A DNA stretch of 64,000 nt from the human T2T-CHM13v2.0 reference genome, Homo sapiens (GCF_009914755.1 NC_060941.1); one strand, 5' to 3'. Counted from the stretch's first letter, positions 24,074 to 46,567 are shown. Notes: generated by a model from the sequence alone, not told the origin. Program-made: numbers and translations.

Positions 24074-24139
24074 CCTTGCTAGGTCCTTGGGATATTTAGG
24101 TTCAAGTGAAGAAGGTAAGGAATAGGAAAATGCCTTTAA

Positions 24140-26494
<2,355 letters not shown>

Positions 26495-26808
26495 GTCCCC
26501 CCCCCCCTTTTTTTTTTATCCTGCAGTGTTTTAAAACAAATTTCCTAAATCATATTTCACCAAAAATGTTCACAAAGTTTTCTGAAATGTCTGAAGTTCA
26601 GGCATTCCTTCTGTGTTTTAGGTCAGCCAGGCATATAGGATTATATGGTACCTTATACTCAATAAGACCTTTGTCTTTTTTTTTTTTTTAAATGAAAAAA
26701 TGAAACATAACTTGCTGGAAATTACTTGTTTATTTTCACTAAACTTGACATATTAAAGTGCTAATACTCTGGAAATAACGTAAATTATCGTTACATGGTT
26801 CTTTTTAG

Positions 26809-26988
26809 CCAAAAATAATATGGATGAAAATATGGATGAGTCAGATAAAAGAAAATGTTCACGAAGTCCAAAAAAAATAAAAATAGAGCCTGATTCTGAA
26901 AAAGATGAGGTAAAAGGTTCAGATGCTGCAAAAGGAGCAGACCAAAATGAAATGGATATCTCAAAGATTACTGAGAAGAAGGACCAAG
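26809..26988 (+). CDS. BPTF: BPTF coding exon, 180 nt, phase 1-1 (TKNNMDENMDES...EKKDQ)
   Basis: Acceptor ctttttag| and donor AAG|gtaagg. Overlaps ORF 26820..27026. Confidence 0.93.
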
Positions 26989-27074
26989 GTAAGGAGAGTC
27001 AGCTGTGGAGGGCAGCCTGGGGGTGATAAGAATGCACTGGATCAGGGTCCCACCACAGGAAAGGTACTGCGTTG

Positions 27075-27655
27075 TGTTTTCTTGATAACAGCTTTATCAA
27101 AACATAATTGATATCCCATACAATTCACCCAATTAAAGTGTAAATTCAGTGGCTTTTAGTATATTCACAAAGTTCAACCATTATTACATCAATCTTAGAA
27201 CATTTTCATAACCTTGAAAAGAAGCCTCATTCATACCCATTAGCAGTTACTTCCCAACCCCTCCCGAAAGTGCCACCAGCTTAGTGGTCTACTTTCTGTC
27301 TCTCTGGATTTGCCTATTTTGGACAGTCCATAGAAATGGAATCAGACAATATGTGGTCCTTTGTGGCTGGCTTCATCCACTTAGCATGGTTTTAAGGTTC
27401 ATCCATGTTGTAGCATTTATCAGTACTTTCTTTTTGTTTCTGAATAATACTCTGTATGGATATGCCACATTTTGTTATCCATTCATCAGTTGATGGACAT
27501 TGGGCTGTTTCCTCTTTTGGCTATACGAATAATGCTGCTATGAACATTCATGCAGAAGTTTTTTGTGGCCATGCGTTTTCACTTCTCTTGGCGATATACC
27601 TAGGAATGGAATTACTGGATCATATGGTAACTCTGTTTAACCTTTTGAGGAACTA
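27075..27655 (-). mobile_element. L1MB-type 3' fragment, antisense
   Basis: acagctttat...aagtgtaaattcagtggcttttagtatattcac...ttgatggacattgggctgttt...aggaatggaattactggatcatatggtaactct. Confidence 0.85.
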
Positions 27656-27731
27656 CATTGTCTTTTGTAACAAGTCATTTTTAAAAAAAAACTAGATAAG
27701 CTAGATAATGCATGTGGCTAGAGATACTTTA

Positions 27732-30414
<2,683 letters not shown>

Positions 30415-32999
30415 GTATGTACTTTAAAATGTATTTGGGGGAGGGAGAAAATTTTAAAAAGAATTATCTCACAAGAATATCTCATTTTTAAAAAATGAGA
30501 TAATAGAGATAAGACAGGAAACATATTAATGGCCAAAGATAGTAATGGAAACAGGATACAGAAAGCTTCAAAATTGGCCAACTGGTATGTACTAAAGTTT
30601 TTGTAGGGAAAAATGTTTAAAGTCTTAAAATTTAAGGGACTATTTTAAAAATGAAATTCAGTTTTAACTTTCATAAGACAAAAGGAACATGTCAGATGTG
30701 ATTGTTTTTGTGGTCTGATTTTCTGAGTTACTGCTCTGGGAACAAGATAACCACCAACTTTCTGGAATGTTTGTATTTTATTTTTATTAGGTAATTCATA
30801 AAAAATAAGACATAAACACGCCTGTAAATTTCATAAAGCTTATCATAATGTGAAAATCTTCCTAATGTAGCTTAGTTGCATGATAAACATTTGTTTTGGA
30901 GTTCTCTGTTATTTATGTATGAATAGGTAGTCTCTAAGATTCCTTAGAAATTTTTTTAAACCCAGAAATAGTCCTAATTTAAAATTTTCTGGGCACTTTA
31001 GGTTTAGGGGATGCGTCCTAAATAGATAGTGTTGGTAGTTGTAAAATCATGTAGTTTTATGTTGGGAAGGCACCTTAGAAATTCTTATCTTTTGTAAATG
31101 TACAGTAATTTGCCTGTGGCTACAGAGACACAGGAATAGTGCCCGGTTTTCCTAAATCCCAGTCTAGTACTTTATTTGCTGTATCACATTTCACTTATGT
31201 GTCCTTGCTTTCTCCTTTTTCATGTCCTTGTCTTTATCTTTTCACCCCTGTAATTGAGAAGGATGGAACATAAACACTGAAAACATGAGAGTTCTGGGAA
31301 CATCTTTAGAAATCAGAATCAGTCATAGTTGCAGTTAGATTTTGCTAGGACCCTCAAATTATTTCAGCGAGTTACTGAGCCGTTTTCATTTCCCCTTAGG
31401 CTTCGTTTTTGTGTGTCTTTTAATATTTTTCCAATTTCTTTAAAAATCACACTTTTTTGGTTTCCTTTATATTAATTACAATCAGCTAGAAAAAAAAGTA
31501 AGTACTCTCTATAAAGGAATTCATTTATTAATACAACCAGTCATAGTTTGTTTGACCAAGTTTTTTATAACTCATCTTTTGATTTGAAATAAAATATCAT
31601 CACTCCATTACACATTCAATAGAGACAGCTGAAAAGTACAATTTCTCTGCAGGGCCTGCAATGAAGGATTTGCAGAATCCTGCAGGGAATCAAGGAACTC
31701 TTCATTACAATTCATGGATTTATAGGATTACTCTGCACTTTTCTGCTTTCTTCATTGAGAGCGGTCCCAAAATGTATCCTTGACTGTCCTGCAGGTAACT
31801 TCTTTCCCACTGGAAAAGTTACTATGTACAAATACTTTAATTAAAGTGACCTGGCAGTTGTGGAGGCCGACCTTTCTGCTCTTTGTATTCTAAAATGGAG
31901 GGTAGGCTCAACTGGGAAGCACTCTTCTCTGAACTCTCCAGGAGAGTTAGGCACTGGTCCCAATCAAGTGTTGCTCGGGGCCCTGTTCTGCACAGCTGAA
32001 TTTCTGGAGCTGAATTTCATGTCTTAGTATGCACTATGGTACAGTTTATATTACTTGATTTCACATTTTTTAATGGGAGGAAATACCTTCCATTAAACAT
32101 TCATTTTAAACTGATACAGCCTTCAAATGTATGCTAACGTCTTAATTTGCCAAAACATATTTGAGAGAAGCATAATCCTTTCTGTCTAATGGAGGCATGG
32201 GTAAATATGTAAATTGATCATGACTTTAGAATGCATTTTTTAAAAGCATATTGCTATAAAAAGCCATGCACGTGAAATGCATTTTTATACTAACACTAGA
32301 ATAGAATACATCTGATGGTTAGGAGTTAAGAATGCCAAAGATGCATGTATGATCTTTGTTATTAATGTTAAGGCTGAGCAATATTGGAAAACTTGTCTCA
32401 TACACTCAATAGGGCCTCTTTTTCCCTCCACACCATCCATTCCCTTATGCCCATCCTCCCAGGCCCTGATTCTGTGCTTCATTTTCACATTGAACTGATA
32501 GTTGTCCTCCACAGTGCTGCCAGAAAGATTCTCCTAAAATGCCCCTCTATCCTGTGAATAGTCTGACTGAGCTAAGGGACTTGGTAACTACTGCAGCAAG
32601 GAGCGGGGAAAGCATTTGTCACCTGTAGATCACATTCATGGAAAGTACTTCCCTTTACAACCCATCCAGTACTGGATAAATCTCAGAGGACTTAATATAC
32701 ATACCCTTTAATGCTCTTCTTTAATCTTTTATTTTGGTACAGCGCATTCTGGCTTCTGCCTTTTTCTCTCATGCCACCTTCATCTCTTTCTGTACCTCTA
32801 CACCCCTTCCCTCCAGTCATAAAACACTGGATGTGGTTTCTGGGAAGAAATGTGTACTCCTGCACACTGTTCTGTTTAGCATATGTGTGCCCCTTGCCTT
32901 TGATCAGCAACCCCCATACTCTTAACTTGTCCTTTGAGACTCCAGCAAAGCTCTGATCCTCATTCCCGAGCCAACTCAGATGTCCCTCCCTTGTCCTTT

Positions 33000-33125
33000 C
33001 CTCTCTTACAGCTCCTTGAGAACACAGACAGATTCTAGTTTACCTCTGTGTCCCCAGCTCCTTTCACATAGTCTAACACATAGAAGATGCTCAAGTATTT
33101 TTTGAATGAATGCTTGAATGAGCAG
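33000..33125 (+). mobile_element. L2 3' end fragment
   Basis: agctccttgagaacacagac...cacatagtctaacacatagaagatgctcaagtatttttgaatgaatg. Confidence 0.75.
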
Positions 33126-33550
33126 ACTTACCGTGCATGTGGTGTGTTCCTCCCTGGTGTTATTTCCATTTTAAAATAAGGATACTTTAAAGTCATTGTT
33201 TGACCACAGAGAATGAGGACAAACTTTTCCTTGCAAATAAATATTTATTTGCTTTCTCCTGTGACACTAAAGATCTCTAGGAATTACTATGGGGTATGGT
33301 CTGAAAGTGACAGACACTTTCCCCCTCTTGGGACATCCCTGCACTAGTTAACATTTCCCCTCTGATTTCCCCTTGACCTGCTCTGTCCAGGTCAGAGGAT
33401 TCATAGTGCGATAACACAGTGGAGAAAGTAATGGTGTCACAAGTGGATATGGGAAGTTAAGAAGCTGCAGCAACTTTTTGGCTAGAGCTTTCTCTTTCAC
33501 AGTGTTCATTTTTCCAACTGAATGCTGTCAATAGAAAGCATTGTCTTTCA

Positions 33551-35464
<1,914 letters not shown>

Positions 35465-35942
35465 TCATTTTATTCTTTTAGAAAATTTAAACATTTTCAG
35501 GTTTCTTGTTTTTGCAAAAGTTAGGATTTTTCCTTCAAAACTCCTTTATCACATTTAATAACAATTATCTATTTCTCTATATTTGGTCCCCAAAATTTTC
35601 CTAACAGATATTTTGGAATTAGGTTAACTTTATAAAGTCTTCATGAATTTTTGCCTTATCAACCTTACAATGAAACATTCTCATTTTATAAACTTATATG
35701 GCATTTAAAATGAATATAGCCCCTTTTAAAAAAAAATGTTAGGTGCGTGTTATGCCTATGAATGAAGAAGTTTTTCTTTTAAAGGACATATAATACCAAA
35801 GTCTTACAAAACCATATTATAAATACTGGAGTCCTAATGAGGACAAGAAACACAGCCCTTCAGTTTAGTAGAGTGAATATGAATGTGTATGTGTATGTAT
35901 ATACATATAGATATATATGGATTTCTTTGGTTTTCCTTTCAG

Positions 35943-36067
35943 GTATAGACTTCAGACAGTAAAGTCCTTAGCTGGAGTGAGCCTGATGTTACGGTTACTG
36001 TGGGCAAGTTTGAGATGGGATGATATGGCGGCCAAGGCTCCTCCAGGAGGAGGGACTACACGGACAG
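35943..36067 (+). CDS. BPTF: BPTF coding exon, 125 nt, phase 2-1 (YRLQTVKSLAGVSLMLRLLWASLRWDDM...TTRT)
   Basis: Acceptor ttttcctttcag| and donor CAG|gtaagg. Confidence 0.96.
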
Positions 36068-36120
36068 GTAAGGGGGAAGGGAGTTATTTTCTAATTTAAG
36101 TTTAAAAGCTAAAATCACAG

Positions 36121-36776
<656 letters not shown>

Positions 36777-37243
36777 ATTTTTTTTTCACATACAGCTTTG
36801 TTGAAGTTTGGCACATGCTATAAAATCCCAGGGGCCAGAAGGGAAGGTTCAGATTATAAAGTGAGTCACTTATGTGTGAACCAGTCTACATTTTTTAAAA
36901 GATATTTATGATTGTTTAATTAAAAATTTAAACTAAGACTTCTGGAGGCCTGTGCTTGCTGCTTCTGTCCTAGGCTTTTTATTATTTTGATTGAGTATTG
37001 CCACCAGGAGCTCAGCTATACCCAGCAGCATTTTGTTTCGTTTAGGAATTTGCAGCGAGGAAGAAGCTCAGTATTGTTGCAGTCTAGCAGTGATCCTGCT
37101 AGATGTTAGTGATCCTGTTAATTAAGTCAGGTGTTTCCAAAAGTTTATTCCACGTGTGTCTCTTTTTGAAAGCACCAGATGTACCTTTTTAGTCTCTGAG
37201 TATTTCAGTTGGTTATTAATACTATTGAATTAAATCACCATAG

Positions 37244-37372
37244 AAACATCCGAAACTGAAATCACAACAACAGAAATAATTAAGAGGAGAGATGTTGGTC
37301 CTTATGGCATTCGATCTGAATATTGTATCAGGAAAATCATTTGTCCCATTGGAGTTCCAGAAACACCAAAAG
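37244..37372 (+). CDS. BPTF: BPTF coding exon, 129 nt, phase 1-1 (ETSETEITTTEIIKRRDVGPYGIRSEYCIRKIICPIGVPETPK)
   Basis: Acceptor caccatag| and donor AAG|gtaaga. Translated by hand; open frame and conserved motif. Confidence 0.94.
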
Positions 37373-38153
37373 GTAAGAAATAGAATTCTATTCTTTCATG
37401 ATTAACCTGTTAACCATGTATTTTATGAATTGAAATTTGATATAATTTTTTCTTCTCTGTTCACCTTTTAAAAAAGACATATTTTACAACTACCAAATTT
37501 TGAAAATGATATTAAAGTAATAAACATATCAAGATTCTGGTAGACACACATCGATGCCTATAAGCCTTGTTCTAAGCACAGCAAAGGGCTATAATAATAC
37601 CTCTTGTAATTAAGATGTGAGACATTGATTGACCCCAGACCAGCAGCTCCTGGAGAGCAGCCATCTCGTCTGTCTGGTTTATTGAAGTCACGGCAGCTAG
37701 TACCGAGTCTGATATGTAAGTGGGTCAATAAAGGTTTCTTAAGGATTAAAACTACTGTGAAATACTTCAGTGCTCAAGGTAGAGATAATCCAAGAGGCAT
37801 AAAGAGTTACTCAAAAAATGTTTATAGAGCACCAGTACAATAGGCACTGGGTGGCAAATACATAGAAGAATGATATTTGGCCCCTAATCTCAAGGAAGCA
37901 AAGTAAAGCTTATAGTATTATAATATCAGTGTTATATGTGTTGCAGTAAGCTAAGAGAGTAATATTGGAAAAGAAGATTAACACTAATTTATAGATAATT
38001 ATGAATGTCTACTTAGAAAATTCATGAGAATTAAAAGTATTAGCACTAATAGGAGTTCATTGTAGTATCCAGATTGAAAATATATAAATTCCATTTTATT
38101 TTATATAAACAATAAAAATATTTAGGAAAAAACCTAGTAAGAAATATATAAAA

Positions 38154-39275
<1,122 letters not shown>

Positions 39276-39807
39276 TCACAAGGTCGTCCTGGCACAGAAA
39301 CAGCTCTGTTGATGGGCAGAGACACAGATGGGAGATGTACCTGGCAGGCCTTCAGTCTCCTTGACCCCACAGCCTTTGATGCAAACCACTGCAGTCCCCT
39401 AAAATCACTTCTCTTTGGCTTGTATCCCTTTGTACAATTCAGGTCCTGCTTTCATTTCTGTTTCCTTCTGCTGCTTCCTTGTGATTGAATATATGGGAAG
39501 GTTCAATGCTTGTCCCTCCCTGCTTTTTATTTTTTAAATCTTTTTATGAGGAGATTTTATCTATTCTTAGGTTTCACATCTCCACTTTATATTGGTAACT
39601 CTCAAATCCCCCTTCTCTGTGCGGTGATAGGGAAACACATGTTGTACACCCAAGTGTGAGAAGAACATGCTAGGCTTTTGTAGGAAGTTGAATTCATGTT
39701 GGGGTCCAGAGGATGAATTGACATTAGTCAGATGAGCGGTGGAGGCTTGGAATAGTGCTCCAGGTGGAAGAAACAGGTTGTATAAAGGCTCATAAGCCTT
39801 GTATTTT

Positions 39808-39989
39808 GGGGGTCAGCAAACCACAGCCCATGAGCCTTGGCCTACCCTGCTTTTATAAATGAAATTTGATTGGAACACAGCCACATTTACTCACTTACGT
39901 ATTGTCTTTGGCTGCTTTCATGATACAAAGGCACAGCTGAGTAGCTGCAGCAGAGACCATCTGGCTATTTAAGAAGTTTGCCAACCACT
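39808..39989. mobile_element. MER58A-like hAT-Charlie DNA transposon (MITE)
   Basis: Degenerate TIRs ggggtcagcaaac ... gtttgccaacc, and internal ttggaacacagccac...tattgtctttggctgcttt. Confidence 0.85.
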
Positions 39990-40068
39990 TTTTCATGATA
40001 GAAGATGCCAGAAGTACTTTAATTTTAGAAGCAATATTGCTTAAAATATTCTGATTTCCTTTCCAAAG

Positions 40069-40567
<499 letters not shown>

Positions 40568-40698
40568 TGAGCTACCCTGCCTGGGGTAAAAGAACACTTT
40601 AATCATTTATTCAGTGCAGTAAAGTCCTAGCTTGACTTTACTCCACCTTTGATTTTAAGTGCTAGCTGTAAATAGTTTAGTAAGGTCCTCTCTCTCTG

Positions 40699-40731
<33 letters not shown>

Positions 40732-40757
40732 AAGCAGAGTCTCGCTCTGTCAGCTAG

Positions 40758-40946
<189 letters not shown>

Positions 40947-41026
40947 TAATCCACCTGCCTCAGCCTCCCAAAGTGCTGGGATTACAAGTGTGAGCCACCG
41001 CGCCCGGCCCTCTCTCTTATTTTTAA

Positions 41027-41448
<422 letters not shown>

Positions 41449-41468
41449 TGATGGGATTACAGGCATGA

Positions 41469-41663
<195 letters not shown>

Positions 41664-41776
41664 TGAGATAATATCATACCTTTGTATGATGTGAAAATCA
41701 ACCAGATTTCACTCTTATTAGATGCCAGATGCCTAACAGGCTAGTTTCTGATAAGTTTCTCCTTTTTTTCCTGCAG

Positions 41777-41819
41777 AGTGGAGAAAGAAAAGGCACAAGC
41801 AGTTGAGCAACAGGCTAAG
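41777..41819 (+). CDS. BPTF: BPTF short coding exon, 43 nt, phase 2-0 (VEKEKAQAVEQQAK)
   Basis: Acceptor ttttttcctgcag| and donor AAG|gttagt. Restores phase 0 for the next exon. Confidence 0.92.
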
Positions 41820-43209
41820 GTTAGTGAACAGAAGAAGGCAGAGGACATCAAGGCCCAAATGGAGGCTCTTTCAAAACAAAAGCACTTGACCTCCCATCAG
41901 CAGGGGGAGTTGGTGCTGGTCCCACTTGACAACATACATACATTTTTTAGCCAAATTCATGCACACCCATGCACAGTAATGATACATTCTTGTGGGTTTT
42001 GGTGTTTATTTTTTTGAGACAGTGTCTTACTATCACCCAGGCTGGAGTAGATCACAGCTCACCGAGCCTCGACATCCCTGGTTCAAGCGGTCCTCAGCCT
42101 CCCTAGTAGTTGAGACTACAGGCACACACCACCATGCCCAGCTAATATTTGTATTTTTTGTAGTGATAGGGCTTCGCCGTGTTCCCCAGGCTGGTCTTAA
42201 ACTCCTGGACTCAAGCGATCCACCTGCCTCAGCCTCCCAAAGTGCTGGGATTTTGGGTGTGAGCCATTGCACCCATCCAGGTTTTTTTTTTTTTTTTTTT
42301 TTTAAGTGTATCTCACGTCTATCTTATTGTCATTATTTGAAAACAGCTCTGTGGGTACACCAAGCTGTGGTTTTGTAAAAAGTATACATATTTGGAGGAC
42401 ATCTGAAATAAGATTTCTATTATTTATTATCTTTAGAGTTTCATAAGTAATTTCTGAAAATAATTTTTTCTTGTGAATTTCCAATCTGGAAAATTTCTGT
42501 AGTCTATGAAAAAGCAAAGTATGCTAAAACTCCATAAGAGTTTGTTGTAATTGATTATTATAAAGCTACTGATGGTTTCTTAGTGTTTTCATACTATAAA
42601 TAATGTGCCATGGCCAGGCACAGTGGCTCATGCCTGTAGTCCCAGCATTTTGGAAGTCCAAGGCAGGAGGATCCCTTGAGTCCAGGGGTTTGAGACCAGC
42701 CTGGGCAACATAGGGAGACCCTGTCTCTAATAAAAGAAAAAAGCAAAATTTTAAAAATAAAAATACAATGTGCCATATGTGCCTAAACATTGAGGACCTG
42801 AATAAAAGATGATTACCACTTATTCCTATTGAGAAAATACTGTAAGAGTTTTTACCAACTTCAGTATATAAACATTGAGGATACAAGTGAGTAGATATAT
42901 CTATATACAGTATTATTAACATAGTTATACATAACTATTTAAAAATCATATATAAACCAAATTATTTGTTTCAAACTAGTTTTCCCTTTCATTTTATAAA
43001 ACATTTTTTCAAATTCTTGTGTATCTTTCAGTTTACTATAGGTCCTTATCTTCACTTACATCAAAGTTTGAGATGATAGCACTTTTGGATTCTATGTATG
43101 ATGCTGTCTGTCACAGGAAACCAATCACTAAACCCAAATATCTATAACAACTGGCTAGTTGTATTGTTTTTTATTTTATTGGGTGTGTTTTCTCATCTCT
43201 GCAATGTAA

Positions 43210-43761
<552 letters not shown>

Positions 43762-44394
43762 TAGCCAGGATGGTCTCGATCTCCTGACCTCGTGATCCGC
43801 CTGCCTTGGCCTCCCAAAGTGCTGGGATTACAGGCGTGAGCCACCGCACCCAGCCAGTATATTACTTTAAAAAATTTATTTAAGATGCTTATTTATGAAT
43901 ATAGCTAACACTTCAACTTTGAAGGCATATCCTCCTATAAATAAGTACTAATATATCTGTTCTATTTCTTTGCCTCCTTTTTTTTTAGAGATAGGGGCTT
44001 GCTCTGTTGCTGAGGCTGGAGTGTAGTGGTGAGATCATAGCTCATTGCAACTTTGAATTCCTGGCTTAAGGTGATCCTCCGGCCTCAGCCTCCTGAGTAG
44101 CTGGAGCTACAGAAACACTACCACACCCACCTTTGCCTCCCTCTTTTTTTTTTTCTTTCTTTTTTTAACTGATTTAATCAGATGATGTCTCTAAGAGTTG
44201 AAAACTAAGCTCTTTTTCTTCTGAGGAATGAGAAATTGTGTAAAGTACTTTATATTATATTCAGGTATATAGGATAGGTACAAAAGTAGTCCTAAAAAAA
44301 TTGGACGTGATGTCATAGGTGAGCAGGAGGCTCACCTATGTCAAAGGCAGGAGATAGTGGTGCAGGATTGGAATTTGATTTTAGCAGACATCCC

Positions 44395-44485
44395 AACATC
44401 ACCCTTAACTAGCTCTGTGGCCTTGGGCCAGTTACACAACCTCTCTAGTCTCCGTTTCCTCATCTTATAAGATAATGAAGGTAAA
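44395..44485 (+). mobile_element. MIR core fragment
   Basis: actagctctgtggccttgggccagttacacaacctctctagtctccgtttcctcatct. Confidence 0.8.
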
Positions 44486-45032
44486 GCATCTGCCACCAGG
44501 TTTGAAATAAATTTCACCTGTTGTTTTACATGTGTGTGGTTATATTGTTACTTATCACACCACTGTTGATAAGCTGTTAGAAAAGTTTAGCAATCTATAA
44601 TAAAAGATATACAGAATATCTTTAATACCTGTAGTTTTAAAGATTGTATTATACTACTCTGTATAGTATAAAGTATTTTTCTGTAAAAATATTTGAATGT
44701 ATAATAGAAGAAGTCTAGAAAAACTTTTATAATTTTCAGCTTGCTTGATTGCAGGTTTGCCAACTTTAATAATAGTGTCATTAACTATTGACATGTTTTT
44801 ATAGTTGGATAAATTAATATTACAGTGAAACAGAAACCTTTCACAGCTCCATTTGTTCTCAGCTCTGAATCTCACCGCTGAGCAGCATGGTGTTTCTGTC
44901 TCCAATAAGCTTACCCACATCTCTGTTGTTTTCAGTCTGAAACCTTGGATGTTTGTACAAGCCAGAAAAACTTGTTATAAAATTTTCTGCTATGAACAGC
45001 TTAGTACTTTTAATGTAATATATGTGGTATAG

Positions 45033-45416
<384 letters not shown>

Positions 45417-45586
45417 TAAATACGGGTAAATTTATATGGACATATATTCTTTTTGGAAGTAAAATACTTCAGAAATGTAGTGGAATTTCTTAAGGTGAGA
45501 GAAATTGTGGACAGACTTCTTGTAGAATGGTATTGTTTTTATTTAGAACTATTTTGATTCATGTTTCCTCTCCTTCACTTTTTTAG

Positions 45587-45833
45587 AAACGACTGGAGCA
45601 GCAGAAGCCGACAGTGATTGCAACTTCCACTACTTCCCCAACAAGCAGTACAACCAGCACCATCTCTCCAGCACAGAAGGTTATGGTGGCCCCCATAAGT
45701 GGCTCAGTTACAACTGGAACCAAAATGGTACTAACTACTAAAGTTGGATCTCCAGCTACAGTAACATTCCAACAAAACAAGAACTTTCATCAAACCTTTG
45801 CTACATGGGTTAAGCAAGGCCAGTCAAATTCAG
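45587..45833 (+). CDS. BPTF: BPTF coding exon, 247 nt, phase 0-1 (KRLEQQKPTVIATST...WVKQGQSNS)
   Basis: Acceptor cacttttttag| and donor CAG|gtatgg. Confidence 0.95.
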
Positions 45834-46190
45834 GTATGGAACTATCATTAAGTAAAAGATTACTTTGGTTCAGGAAAAAGAATTTTCAACCCTTTAGCTA
45901 CTGAAATGAAACATTTTTTTAGAAGATTGTTTTTCTTTTGCAGCCAGTTGAGCAAACAAGCTGTAACGGTTGGTTTGTTACAAATAATGTTCATAATATT
46001 ACATTAGCAAACTCCTCTCTTACATTATTTCACTTTCAACATTTACATAGTTCACTTTGAGTGGAGAGGAATGTTTTTATTAAAAATACAAAATGAGCCA
46101 CATTTCATGCATTGGTGCCCTTTCCTAGAAGTCACTACGTTGCTGGTTATTTTAAATCTAAAGCTTATTAAATGTCTTATACCCCATTAG

Positions 46191-46352
46191 CCACCAGCAC
46201 AGCTGCCACATCTGCTACAACCATTGCCAGCACAGGTCAGACGTTCCAAATTACAGGCAATCCAGTCACTATGGCAGGAAAAGTAATTACCAAACTGCCA
46301 CTTCCTGCAAACAGCAAGATTGTCGCTGTAAATGTGCCAGCAACACAAGGAG
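46191..46352 (+). CDS. BPTF: BPTF alternative cassette exon, 162 nt, phase 1-1 (ATSTAATSATTIASTGQTFQITGNPVTMAGKVITKLPLPANSKIVAVNVPATQG)
   Basis: Acceptor ataccccattag| and donor GAG|gtaagg. In frame, with the same T/V/P-rich composition as its neighbours. The flanking exons also join in frame without it (SNS-GVVQ). Confidence 0.85.
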
Positions 46353-46567
46353 GTAAGGGAAATGTGAAGTTTTAATTCACATTTGCCAGATCATACTGTT
46401 GCCATTATTTTTCATCTCCTTTTCACTGATTTCAGTCCTCGGATCTCACATTCTATGTAGCCCACTATAAAACCCTGCCACACGTAGTTTCTCCTCAGCA
46501 ACCGAGCACCACGTAATGCTTTCCAATAAAGTGATAGTTTTTAATTATGGCTTCATCTTTTTTTAAG

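Noticed and set aside
23751-24125. 124-aa ORF with an internal repeat
   Set aside because: GTG start, and the repeat simply reflects the DNA tandem duplication. It is not in the BPTF frame at the acceptors.
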